From Cyanobacteria bacterium auto_48_18 (GTDB taxonomy: Bacteria; Cyanobacteriota; Vampirovibrionia; Obscuribacterales; Obscuribacteraceae), in contig JAVHQC010000023.1 of assembly GCA_036170915.1 (NCBI GenBank), positions 1-60,131 on the forward strand: a stretch of DNA of 60,131 nt, given 5' to 3'. Shown in pieces: positions 19,481 to 28,546 of the stretch. Under the pieces are notes generated by a model that saw only the letters and a program-made list of their open reading frames with translations, had not been told where the DNA came from and did not search any database. The translations under genes were made by a program, and so were the position numbers. Position 1 is the first letter of the stretch, and each line of letters begins with the position of its first letter.

Positions 19481-20557
19481 GTGACAAATCACTACACAAG
19501 GAGTTTGATTTTCGCTGCTTGCATCAGTGTTGGAGTTTTGAGTGCGGTATCGAATGCAGTGGCAGTCGGTACCGCTTCTTTTTCTGCCACAGTGGCAAAT
19601 AAAATAGCCTCACCAGGCAAGGCGCCAGCGGGCATGGTGTGGATTCCTGGTGGTGAATTTTCTATGGGCACTGGTGAGGGTAGCGCCACTGTTTGTGGTG
19701 GCCATGACGAAGCCAGAGATGCGCGGCCCATACATCGCGTCTATGTTGACGGTTTCTGGATGGACAAAACTGAAGTTACTAATGAGCAATTTGAAAAATT
19801 TGTCAAAGCAACTGGCTACAAAACTATTGCTGAAATTGCGCCCACCAAAGAAGAATTTCCTACAGCGCCTCCTGAAAATTTAGTGGCCGGCTCTACTGTT
19901 TTTACCCCGACCCGCGAGCCGGTACCACTCAATAATATGTTTCAGTGGTGGCGCTTTGTTCATGGTGCTGACTGGCGGCACCCGCAAGGGCCCGGCAGTG
20001 ATATAAAAGGCAAAGAGAAGTATCCGGTGGTGCAGGTTGCTTACCTGGACGCGTTATCTTATGCACAATGGGCGGGCAAGAAGCTGCCCACTGAAGCGGA
20101 ATGGGAGTTCGCCGCTCGTGGTGGCAAGTCTGGTGCCCCCTATACCTGGGGAGATGAATTTAGGCCTCGGGGTAAATACATGGCCAATACGTACCAGGGT
20201 ACATTTCCTGTTAAAGATTCAGGCGCAGACGGCTTTGCCGGCATCGCGCCGGTGGCTAAATATTCGCCCAACGAATACGGGTTGAACGACATGGCCGGCA
20301 ATGTCTGGGAGTGGTGTAGCGACTGGTATCAAGCTGACTTTTATAAACAGCTTGTGGTTAGCAATAAAGGTGTGTTTCGTAACCCTACAGGACCAGTGAG
20401 CTTACCCAAGCATGTTGAGCAATTGCGCGTGCACAGAGGGGGGTCATTTCTTTGCACTGACGCTTACTGTACTCGCTTTATCGTTGGTACTCGTGGCAAA
20501 GGTGAAGTCAATACTGCGGCGAATCATTTAGGTTTTCGTTGCGTGCGAGCGAAATAG
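19481..20557 (+). CDS. Formylglycine-generating enzyme (SUMF1/FGE family)
   Basis: EVTNEQF, LPTEAEWEFAARGG, DMAGNVWEWC, RGGSFLCxxxYC and GFRCV motifs. Confidence 0.95.
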   Translation: MTNHYTRSLIFAACISVGVLSAVSNAVAVGTASFSATVANKIASPGKAPAGMVWIPGGEFSMGTGEGSATVCGGHDEARDARPIHRVYVDGFWMDKTEVTNEQFEKFVKATGYKTIAEIAPTKEEFPTAPPENLVAGSTVFTPTREPVPLNNMFQWWRFVHGADWRHPQGPGSDIKGKEKYPVVQVAYLDALSYAQWAGKKLPTEAEWEFAARGGKSGAPYTWGDEFRPRGKYMANTYQGTFPVKDSGADGFAGIAPVAKYSPNEYGLNDMAGNVWEWCSDWYQADFYKQLVVSNKGVFRNPTGPVSLPKHVEQLRVHRGGSFLCTDAYCTRFIVGTRGKGEVNTAANHLGFRCVRAK

Positions 20558-20568
20558 GAGCATATCAA

Positions 20569-21567
20569 GTGCGTTTGAATATCAAGGTTAGCATTTTATT
20601 TACGGTGGTCTCGCTGCTTTTTAGTTTGACGCAGATGGCACTCGCTGCTGAATGCGATCCACTGCCATCTTGGAATGAAGGAAAGTCAAAGGCAGCGATT
20701 GTCGATTTTGTCAAAGCTGTGACCGAGCAAAATGGCAAGAGTTTCGTGCCAGAGGCTGAGCGCATTGCCACCTTTGATAACGACGGCACGTTGTGGGTGG
20801 AGCAGCCCATGTACATTCAACTGCTTTTCGCTTTCGACAGATTGAAAGCAATGGCACCACAGCATCCTGAATGGAAAGACCAGGAACCTTACAAGTCAGC
20901 TCTTGCCGGCGATATGAAAGCTTTGTTCGCTGGTGGAGACAAATCGCTGGCTACAATCATGATGAGCACTCATGCCGGCATGAGTACCAGTGAATTTGAC
21001 CAGATTGTCAAAACCTGGTTTGTCACCGCCAGTGATGCCAGGTTCAAGCGCCCGTTCACACAACTAGCTTATCAACCGATGATTGAACTTTTGTCTTATT
21101 TGCGCAAAAACAATTTCAAAACCTATATTGTCACTGGTGGCGGCATTGAGTTTGTTCGTTCAATAAGTGAAAGCGTTTATGGCATTCCGCCTGAGCAGGT
21201 GATTGGCAGCAGCATTAAGACAAAGTTTGAAGATCGTGATGGTAATCCGATTATTCTAAGGTTGGCAGCAATTGATTTTATCGATGACAAAGACGGCAAG
21301 CCGGAAGCCATCGAAAAGTTTATCGGGCGACGCCCCATAGCCGCATTCGGCAATTCTGATGGCGATCTTCAGATGCTGCAGTGGACAGATGCCGGAGTGA
21401 AAAAGCATTTGTGTCTATATGTGCACCACACAGACGCTGTGCGTGAATATGCTTACGACCGTGATTCGAAAGTAGGCAGATTGGATCAGGGCCTTGATCA
21501 AGCAGCGCAGCACGGCTGGACAGTAGTTGATATGAAGAATGATTGGAATAAGATATTTCATGAATGA
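20569..21567 (+). CDS. Exported HAD-family hydrolase (non-specific acid phosphatase-like)
   Basis: DPLPSWN, FDNDGTLW and FGNSDGDLQML motifs; AGGAG before GTG 20569. Confidence 0.9.
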   Translation: MRLNIKVSILFTVVSLLFSLTQMALAAECDPLPSWNEGKSKAAIVDFVKAVTEQNGKSFVPEAERIATFDNDGTLWVEQPMYIQLLFAFDRLKAMAPQHPEWKDQEPYKSALAGDMKALFAGGDKSLATIMMSTHAGMSTSEFDQIVKTWFVTASDARFKRPFTQLAYQPMIELLSYLRKNNFKTYIVTGGGIEFVRSISESVYGIPPEQVIGSSIKTKFEDRDGNPIILRLAAIDFIDDKDGKPEAIEKFIGRRPIAAFGNSDGDLQMLQWTDAGVKKHLCLYVHHTDAVREYAYDRDSKVGRLDQGLDQAAQHGWTVVDMKNDWNKIFHE

Positions 21568-22069
21568 CCAGATTCGATTGACTGTGGCCGGTATGGACGA
21601 ACGTCCCGCGGTTTTAGCCGTCACCAGAGCCGCTTACGATGAGTACGCAGGGAAAAGTGATCAGTCATTCTGGCGTATGTATGAACGTTCGATCGAGCAA
21701 ACTATTTTGTCTGACGAGACGGTCACGAGTATTGTCGCTAAATCTGGAACAGAAATTTTAGGCGCAGTTCTGTATTGCCCGCCTTATGAAAAGAAGATGG
21801 GCGATCGAGTGGTGAAGAATCCGTATCCGGAAATGCGGTTACTGGCTGTGCCTGCCAAAAATCGCAACCGTGGTATTGCTGCCAGGCTGATCGAGCACTG
21901 CGAGCTAGTGGCTAAGCAGTCTGGGTCAAAAACTATGACACTGCACACTACAGTGCTTATGCAAACAGCCAAGCAAATGTATGAAAAGCGTGGATACGTG
22001 AAATATCCTGAAATTGATTTTGAACCAGTGCCCGGTTTTGTGGTGTGGGGATATCGCAAAGAGCTGTAG
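21560..22069 (+). CDS. GNAT family N-acetyltransferase
   Basis: LAVPAKNRNRGIAARLI acetyl-CoA motif; MYEKRGY. Confidence 0.9.
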   Translation: MNDQIRLTVAGMDERPAVLAVTRAAYDEYAGKSDQSFWRMYERSIEQTILSDETVTSIVAKSGTEILGAVLYCPPYEKKMGDRVVKNPYPEMRLLAVPAKNRNRGIAARLIEHCELVAKQSGSKTMTLHTTVLMQTAKQMYEKRGYVKYPEIDFEPVPGFVVWGYRKEL

Positions 22070-22070
22070 C

Positions 22071-22841
22071 TTAGTGCGTTTGTTTGCTCTTCACTTCAGC
22101 TTTGCGCACCTCAATATCAACCGGCATTTTGCATCCGGCTGGTGGCTTTTCAAAGGGGCTCATTTTTGCAATAGTTTTGAGAGCGGCACGATCAATGTCT
22201 TCGCTACCAGAACTGGTGACAATTTTTATACCAGATGCAACGCCGTTAGCGTCAACTTTAAATGACACCACTGGTGTTTGTGGGTTCGATTTTGCATCTA
22301 ACCATTTGCTTAAAACTTTGGTGCTGACTTCCTCTTTGTACAGAGTGTCATCAGTCCATCTGAATGAGATTCCACCAGGCATAGGAATATTTTTTGGCGG
22401 TGAATTTTTTTTCTCGACTTTGTTTGCACTATCCGCATTTTGACTCTGTGCCGGCGCCGGAGAAAATATTGCCATTCCTAATGCAATGGCCGCTACGATT
22501 TTCAATTTCACCCACTTCGAAGCATCGCGAATTTTTCGCAAACTGCGTGGGCAATTGTCAGTCATGATGGTGCCATCAGGCCGGCGATAAAGAAGCGCAC
22601 ACATTTTGCCTTGAGCGCGGCCCCGGGCGAGAACCGCCTCAGCTTCTTTGTCAGTCATGGCAGCAATGTTATAAACGTTGAGGCTACAAAGATTGCAGAA
22701 ACGCACAGTATCGTCGCCGGTCATTTTGTCCCAGGTAGTTGGGCAAGGCGTTTCGATAAATGCGGCATTGAGCAAACCTGATGGCTTGGCAAAAATCGGT
22801 TGGTCACTATTTTGATTTGAGAAATTGTTTTTCATGCTCAT
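22071..22841 (-). CDS. Cys-rich N-terminal domain + TM helix + TonB/TolA C-terminal domain protein
   Basis: PCPTTWDKMTG..RFCNLC..C..RRPDG..CP; hydrophobic helix; VVSFKVDANG..SSGSEDIDRAAL..PF. Confidence 0.75.
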   Translation of the reverse strand: MSMKNNFSNQNSDQPIFAKPSGLLNAAFIETPCPTTWDKMTGDDTVRFCNLCSLNVYNIAAMTDKEAEAVLARGRAQGKMCALLYRRPDGTIMTDNCPRSLRKIRDASKWVKLKIVAAIALGMAIFSPAPAQSQNADSANKVEKKNSPPKNIPMPGGISFRWTDDTLYKEEVSTKVLSKWLDAKSNPQTPVVSFKVDANGVASGIKIVTSSGSEDIDRAALKTIAKMSPFEKPPAGCKMPVDIEVRKAEVKSKQTH

Positions 22842-22956
22842 ATTTTACCCGTGGGCTTTCTCACTTATACCCGGCTATTCCCTGTAAAAATTCAGGCTTT
22901 TCACTAGACCTAGATAGATACTGCCGGGGGCGCCTGGGTGATCACTCTCACCAACC

Positions 22957-23013
22957 AGAGCGTATACGTTTTGTGCTTAAACATGAAACGAACACGCAAA
23001 ACGTATACGCTCT
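22957..23013. repeat. 17-bp perfect inverted repeat AGAGCGTATACGTTTTG / CAAAACGTATACGCTCT
   Basis: Arms 22957-22973 and 22997-23013; each arm contains the palindrome CGTATACG. Confidence 0.9.
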
Positions 23014-23048
23014 AGTTTTGAAACCAGACCCCCACAAGAAACCCACGC

Positions 23049-23080
23049 AAAAAAAAGAGCCAAACATTGCTGCTTGGCTC
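23049..23080 (-). terminator. Intrinsic terminator of rplY
   Basis: Minus strand: GAGCCAA-loop-TTGGCTC followed by a T8 tail. Confidence 0.85.
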
Positions 23081-23104
23081 AATTAGGGGCTGGTCAGTGG
23101 CGTT

Positions 23105-23698
23105 CTATTTGGCGGCTGCGGCAGCTACTTCTTTAGCAGTTGGGGCAACAACCTTAGGTGCGACAACTTTGACCACAATCTCGTCGTGTGGGTTGAGAAT
23201 AGTGATTCCAGCGGGCAAACTTACCTGGCCGAAGTGAATGGCTGCTTCGACTACATCTAATGCAGTCAAATCGACTTCAATGAAATCTGGAATTTCAGCT
23301 GGCAAACATTCGATGTTTGCTTCTTGATAGTTCTCTTCCAATTTGGCACCAGCTTTTACAGCTTCTGAAGCGCCGATGAATTTGAGTGGAACAGTCACTG
23401 AAACTTTGCGTTGCAGATCTACTTTATACAGTTCGATGTTGTAAACGAAATCTTGAGTGGAACGTCTGGCCACTTGTCTGATGATGGCGTTCACAGGTTT
23501 TCCGCCGTCTTGCGATTCAAGCTCAATCATGTGTGAATAAGCAGCGGCCGGAAGGCGCTGGAATTCGCGAGCATTGATTTGCAAGCTTTCGGATGCAATA
23601 CCGCGACCATAAAGAGTTGCTGGCACTTGGCCTTCGCGTCTCAACTGTTTCGGGGTTTTGGCTTCGCGTTTGGCGACGCCTAATTTGATTTTATCCAT
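23105..23698 (-). CDS. rplY: 50S ribosomal protein L25/Ctc
   Basis: LRREGQVPATLYG, VPLKFIG..AVKAG and CLPAEIPDFIEVD motifs. Confidence 0.95.
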   Translation of the reverse strand: MDKIKLGVAKREAKTPKQLRREGQVPATLYGRGIASESLQINAREFQRLPAAAYSHMIELESQDGGKPVNAIIRQVARRSTQDFVYNIELYKVDLQRKVSVTVPLKFIGASEAVKAGAKLEENYQEANIECLPAEIPDFIEVDLTALDVVEAAIHFGQVSLPAGITILNPHDEIVVKVVAPKVVAPTAKEVAAAAAK

Positions 23699-23774
23699 GA
23701 CCCGCTCAATTCCTTGTCTGACTGCTTAGAAACGACTTTGATGTTCGGTAAATATCACCGAACGAAAAATGAAA

Positions 23775-23846
23775 CTGGGGCGCAAGGATTCGAACCTCGG
23801 AATGTCTGGACCAAAACCAGATGCCTTACCACTTGGCGACGCCCCA
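23775..23846 (-). tRNA. tRNA-Gln(TTG), CCA not encoded
   Basis: TGGGGCG acceptor stem, GCCAAGTGGTAAGGC D-arm, TCTGG-TTTTGGT-CCAGA anticodon arm, GGTTCGAATCC T-arm. Confidence 0.97.
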
Positions 23847-23887
23847 ATTTAAACTGCAAGGCCCAAAAAGCCCGACAGCAACGGTTG

Positions 23888-23917
23888 ATTCTATTGAAGT
23901 TCTGGGGTGGGTGTCAA
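23888..23917 (-). promoter_or_regulatory. Sigma70 promoter for tRNA-Gln/rplY
   Basis: Minus strand TTGACA-N18-TAGAAT. Confidence 0.75.
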
Positions 23918-23970
23918 TCCAGATCACCCTTCTATGCCTAAATATAAAGCACAATTGATGTTGGCAATAT

Positions 23971-25674
23971 TCAGGGCAGGGCGCGAACGCTCGTTGCCTG
24001 GTCGATTAAAGAGCGCGCAAAGCTCAGTGAGGCTTCTTCATCAGCATTGCCGCTAGCCATGGCAGCAAGCGATCTCAGGCGCATGGCATCATCGAGCACG
24101 CTCACCGATACAATCGTGCGGTCGGCTAAATGCTCTTTTCTTACTTCCAGGTAGTTGTCAGCTACTGAAGCGACAATGGGCTGGTGGGTGATGCAAAGAA
24201 TTTGCTGCAAGCGCGACAGGCGAGACAGTTTGTCACGCACGGAGTTGAGTACGCGGCCAGATAGACCGGTGTCAATTTCATCGAAAATTACTGTTGAGAC
24301 CTGGTCGGCAGCGGCAAAAATGGTCTTGATTGCCAGCATGATGCGTGACAATTCACCACCTGAGGCGATTTTGCCAAGAGGCATGGGTGGCTGGCCGGGG
24401 TTTGGGGCAATGAGAAAATCGATTTTATCTACGCCGTTCGGTCCAGATTCGCCAAGTTGTTGAAAAGCAATTTCAAAGCGGCATTTTTCCATGCCCAGGT
24501 CCACCAGCTCTTTTTCTACTTGAGCCGACAAAGTTTTCGCTAATTTGACCCGGCCTTTTGAAAGTTCCGAGGCTTTGGCCAGCAGTTCTTTGCTTACGTC
24601 AGCAATTTCTTGAGCCAGCCCTTCCGTTTCTTTGAGCGCATTTTCGAGCTTCTCAACTTCGCTGGCCAGCTCCTCTAATTTAGTGATGGCATCGCTTAAG
24701 TTAGGTCCATATTTGCGTTTTATGGTGGCAAGCAAATTGGCCCGATTTTCTAAATCAACTAATGTGCCAGGGTCGGTATCAAGGCGATCACCATAGCGGC
24801 GAAGCTCTGTTGATGCCTCTTCTAGGCTAGCTAAACCAGTGCCCAGAGTTTCATGAATCGATGCCAGGCTGGAATCAAAACGCAATGCTTTTTCAACTTC
24901 AGACATGGCCTTTTGAATCAAATCAACGGCGCAAAGTGAATCAGAATCAGATCCGGTCAGTGCATCTTGCGCTGCTTCAGATTGAGTTTTAAGCTCGATG
25001 GCATTGCTTAAAACACTGACCTGGCGCTGCAATTCTTCATCTTCGTGATCGTCAGTAAGTTCTGCTTGCTCAAGTTCATTTAATTGAAATTTGGCAAAAT
25101 CAAGTTTGCGCAATCTTTCATCTTCAGACATGGTGAGCGAATCTAGCTCATCTTGCAATTGCTTTTTGCGCGCGTAAAGTGTGCGTACTTTTTCTAAAAT
25201 TTTAGTGTGCGCTTCAGCACCAAGACCGTCAAGCAATTCTAGCTGTGACTGTGATGACATTAATGTGCGCGCTTCGTGTTGGGCGTGCACGGTAATTAAC
25301 ATGGTGCGCAATTCTGCCAGCAAATTGTGATTAACGAGTGTGCCGTTGATGCGAATTTTGGATCCGCTTTTCCCAATTTCACGTGCCACCACAAGCTCGC
25401 ATTGATCGTCAGCTTCTTCGTCTATCAACTCTTCTTTTTTCAGCCAGGCAATCACATGTGAGCTAGCCATGAATACGGCTTCAAGGTTAGCTTTGTCGGC
25501 GCCCGGCCGAATTATTGATGCAGGCACTTTCCCGCCGAGAACGGCGTTTAAAGCGTCCATCAAAATAGATTTGCCGGCACCGGTTTCGCCGGTGAGCACA
25601 TTTAATCCGCGAGTCCACTCAACCTGAGTTCTTTCAATCAGGGCGAAATCTCTAATCTGTATACTTTTTAGCAT
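23971..25674 (-). CDS. recN: DNA repair protein RecN
   Basis: LTGETGAGKS, long coiled coil, ASGGELSR, IFDEIDTG and ITHQP motifs. Confidence 0.97.
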   Translation of the reverse strand: MLKSIQIRDFALIERTQVEWTRGLNVLTGETGAGKSILMDALNAVLGGKVPASIIRPGADKANLEAVFMASSHVIAWLKKEELIDEEADDQCELVVAREIGKSGSKIRINGTLVNHNLLAELRTMLITVHAQHEARTLMSSQSQLELLDGLGAEAHTKILEKVRTLYARKKQLQDELDSLTMSEDERLRKLDFAKFQLNELEQAELTDDHEDEELQRQVSVLSNAIELKTQSEAAQDALTGSDSDSLCAVDLIQKAMSEVEKALRFDSSLASIHETLGTGLASLEEASTELRRYGDRLDTDPGTLVDLENRANLLATIKRKYGPNLSDAITKLEELASEVEKLENALKETEGLAQEIADVSKELLAKASELSKGRVKLAKTLSAQVEKELVDLGMEKCRFEIAFQQLGESGPNGVDKIDFLIAPNPGQPPMPLGKIASGGELSRIMLAIKTIFAAADQVSTVIFDEIDTGLSGRVLNSVRDKLSRLSRLQQILCITHQPIVASVADNYLEVRKEHLADRTIVSVSVLDDAMRLRSLAAMASGNADEEASLSFARSLIDQATSVRALP

Positions 25675-25868
25675 GCACCGTATATGGAGACGTTATATTG
25701 CCGCTTCTCTATAGCAATTTTCTGGCTAAAAACCGCTATACGGCAACATCATAGCCCGAAATGACAAGCCGTAAAGCCCTTCGCCCAAGTAAATGCGTGC
25801 CCTGCAAATTTTTAAGCAGACAAGCGTCAGTTTTTTACTATTACCTCAAAAGAGGCAAAGCTATTTGA

Positions 25869-26987
25869 CTATTTTGAAATTGACACAGGTGTTGCTGCTG
25901 CTGTCTGAGGGCTAGCAGGCAATGGATTACGGGCTTGAATGCTGACTTGCGCCGCCACTTGTTTAGCAATTTCAATGAAAGCCAGAGCAACTGCTCCGTC
26001 AGGGTCTTTAGCCACAATCGGGATGCCTTCATCACCGCCGATGCGGACATCCGGATCAAGTGGAATTTCACCAAGGAAAGGCACTTTGTATTCTTCAGCC
26101 AATCTTTTGCCGCCACCGCGACCAAAAATTTCGTACTGTTCGCTTGAACCTTTAGGCTGGAAATAGCTCATGTTCTCGACGAAACCGAGAATCGGCACTT
26201 CCATTTGCGCAAACATGGCCAAGCCTTTGCGACCATCAAGCAAAGCAACGTCTTGAGGAGTGGTGACAATGACGCCACCACTTAACTGAGTCGCTTGCAC
26301 CATAGTCAATTGTGCGTCGCCTGTGCCTGGTGGCATGTCTACAATTAGGTAATCTAATTCGCCCCAATCAACGTCGCGTAAAAATTGCTTGATTGCTTTG
26401 TCGAGCATTGGTCCGCGCCAAATGAGCGGTGTGTCTTGCGATACGAAAAATGCCATCGAAATGCACTTAACGCCGTGATTTTCAGCAGGCACAATGCGAT
26501 CGTTTAAAGCTTTTGGTTGATGGGCTTCAAGCCCCATCATCAGTGGAATGTTCGGTCCGGTAACGTCTGCATCAAGCAGACCCACATTGGCACCAAGTTT
26601 TGCCAGTGCCACTGCCAGATTGCATGACACTGTCGATTTGCCCACGCCACCTTTACCTGAGGTTACGGCGATAATTTGTTTGATGCCTTCGATTGGCTCT
26701 TTGCCGCTTCTGCGTTGGCCGGCTACTTGAGCGGTTGATTCCATCTCAACTGTTTCGACTCCAGGCAGAGCCATCACAGCGTCTTTGCATTCTTGCTCAA
26801 GGCGCTCTTTGACCGGGCAGGCAGGAGTGGTGAGAGTGAGTTTGAAAAATACTTTTGTTCCGGTGATTTTGACATCGGAGATCATGCCCAGGGTGACCAC
26901 GTCGATGTTTAAATCAGGGTCCATCACTGTGCTGAGAGCTTTTCTAATTTGCTCTTCGGAGAGCTTGTCTTTTTTGACACCAAACAT
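25869..26987 (-). CDS. apbC: Mrp/ApbC Fe-S cluster carrier ATPase with N-terminal DUF59 domain
   Basis: VMDPDL..LTTPACP, SGKGGVGKST, WRGPM, DMPPGTGDAQ and ENMS motifs; start placed at ATG 26987. Confidence 0.92.
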   Translation of the reverse strand: MFGVKKDKLSEEQIRKALSTVMDPDLNIDVVTLGMISDVKITGTKVFFKLTLTTPACPVKERLEQECKDAVMALPGVETVEMESTAQVAGQRRSGKEPIEGIKQIIAVTSGKGGVGKSTVSCNLAVALAKLGANVGLLDADVTGPNIPLMMGLEAHQPKALNDRIVPAENHGVKCISMAFFVSQDTPLIWRGPMLDKAIKQFLRDVDWGELDYLIVDMPPGTGDAQLTMVQATQLSGGVIVTTPQDVALLDGRKGLAMFAQMEVPILGFVENMSYFQPKGSSEQYEIFGRGGGKRLAEEYKVPFLGEIPLDPDVRIGGDEGIPIVAKDPDGAVALAFIEIAKQVAAQVSIQARNPLPASPQTAAATPVSISK

Positions 26988-27080
26988 TGAATGACCTGCT
27001 TGAGGAGCGCGCAAAAGCCCAGATTGGCTTACACCCACATAATAACGGCTCTCAAAGCACATCGACCTTAAACTAATAAA

Positions 27081-28457
27081 TTATTGAGGCTTTGTGGCGC
27101 TAAGTTCTCTTAAGTCTTCGGTCGGCGCTTTTTTTAATTGAGCCGGAAGGGCCGCTATGGCCCTCTCTACGCGGGTAGTGGGGTGCTCAGGCCCCAACCT
27201 TTTGCTTAGCTTATCTAGAGATAATTTAATCGTCTCTTGAGAGCCCTGACCCAACAGGGAATTGGCTACAGCCAGGTTCACCAATGAAACAAAACAATCG
27301 GGATGATCGGCGCTCAGTAGTTGCTGCCTGATCTTCAGCGCTTGAGCAAAACATTCTCTAGCTTTTTGCGCTTCGTTCATTTGCAAATAACACAAACCCT
27401 GATTATCCAGCGTGATGGCAAGATCTGGATGGACAGGGGGAAGTGTGCTGCGCTGAATGGTTAGGGTGTTATTGATATATCTCTGGGCTTCTTCATAATT
27501 TTGCAGGCGCCTTTGCAGATCGCCAAGACCCATGAGGGTTTTAGCGGTTAGTGGATGATTAGGTCCGAATGTTTTCAGGCGAATTTTTAGTGCTCTTTCG
27601 TAGAGTGTGCGCGCTTCACCCTGGCGCCCCTGCTCACGATAGAGCCCCGCTAGATTATTCAAATCTGTAGCCGTATCAGGATGTTCGTCTCCAAGAGCGC
27701 TTAGATCGAGCCGCAGGGCGCGCTGGTAATATTTTTCAGCCTTACCGTTCTGACCCAGATCGCGGTAGAGTCCGCCAAGATTGGCCAGTAGATAGGCATT
27801 GCCCACATCGTTACGTGTCAGTTTCTTTTCACTAATCGCCAGAGCTTTGAGATAAAGCTGCTCTGCTTCTTCGTATCGGCCCTGGTCTCGGCGCAATTTT
27901 GCCAGACCGTTTACGGTGCTGGCATACTGAATCGAGTCTGGTTGCTTGATTTGTTTATCCCAGAGTTCAAGGCTTTTGAGATAAGTCTTTTCTGACTCCC
28001 GATAATTGCCTTCTTCGCGCTGCAGCATAGCGAGATTATTCAATGCCACAGCCGGTTCTGGCCTTGTGGAGGCAAAGCTCAACCTTGCCGCTTCGGCGGC
28101 TTTTTGATAATAAGGTGCCGCTTCTTTGTAGCGACCTTGAATGCGGTAGAGCTCGGCCAGATTGTTCATGGCCCGGGCTGTGCGTTTGTCGGTTTGCCAG
28201 CCTGAGCCAAATGTCGAGCAGACTAAATAAGCCTGCTCGAAATATTGCCGAGCTTTGTCGTAATGGCCTCTTTTGAACGCTTCTTCCCCGGCGCCAATAG
28301 CGGCATAATAAGGCACGCTCTGAAAGGCGAGAAACAGTGCCCAGGCAAAAGTGCAGCCATAGAGGCCGCGTCTGAACCATTTGAGCCTGGCGTTGTCTAT
28401 TACCTTTTCTTTGAAGGTCTGCTGCCAGAGCTTGATTTTGCCCAGTTTTTCTTTCAT
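27081..28457 (-). CDS. Membrane-anchored TPR protein (kinesin-light-chain-type repeats)
   Basis: N-terminal TM; repeated HPDTA..LNNLA.LY..QGRY.EA units. Confidence 0.9.
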   Translation of the reverse strand: MKEKLGKIKLWQQTFKEKVIDNARLKWFRRGLYGCTFAWALFLAFQSVPYYAAIGAGEEAFKRGHYDKARQYFEQAYLVCSTFGSGWQTDKRTARAMNNLAELYRIQGRYKEAAPYYQKAAEAARLSFASTRPEPAVALNNLAMLQREEGNYRESEKTYLKSLELWDKQIKQPDSIQYASTVNGLAKLRRDQGRYEEAEQLYLKALAISEKKLTRNDVGNAYLLANLGGLYRDLGQNGKAEKYYQRALRLDLSALGDEHPDTATDLNNLAGLYREQGRQGEARTLYERALKIRLKTFGPNHPLTAKTLMGLGDLQRRLQNYEEAQRYINNTLTIQRSTLPPVHPDLAITLDNQGLCYLQMNEAQKARECFAQALKIRQQLLSADHPDCFVSLVNLAVANSLLGQGSQETIKLSLDKLSKRLGPEHPTTRVERAIAALPAQLKKAPTEDLRELSATKPQ

Positions 28458-28546
28458 GCCGCTAACTTAACTTTTGAGCCGAAGGGAAGTCAAGCGGGTT
28501 AAGGATAGTATGGTTTGCCTGAAATACCCATGGCGATTCTAAGAGG

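Noticed and set aside
22781..23086. 101-aa ORF over the inverted repeat
   Set aside because: No motif; it overlaps the start of an opposite-strand gene and the rplY terminator.
23775..23846. tRNA-anchored genomic island
   Set aside because: No integrase or duplicated tRNA 3' end; the flanks are core genes (rplY, recN).
23714..23941. 75-aa ORF
   Set aside because: Antisense to tRNA-Gln and its promoter.
25675..25868. LexA box upstream of recN
   Set aside because: No match to the CTGT-N8-ACAG, GAAC-N4-GTTC or cyanobacterial GTAC-N4-GTWC patterns.
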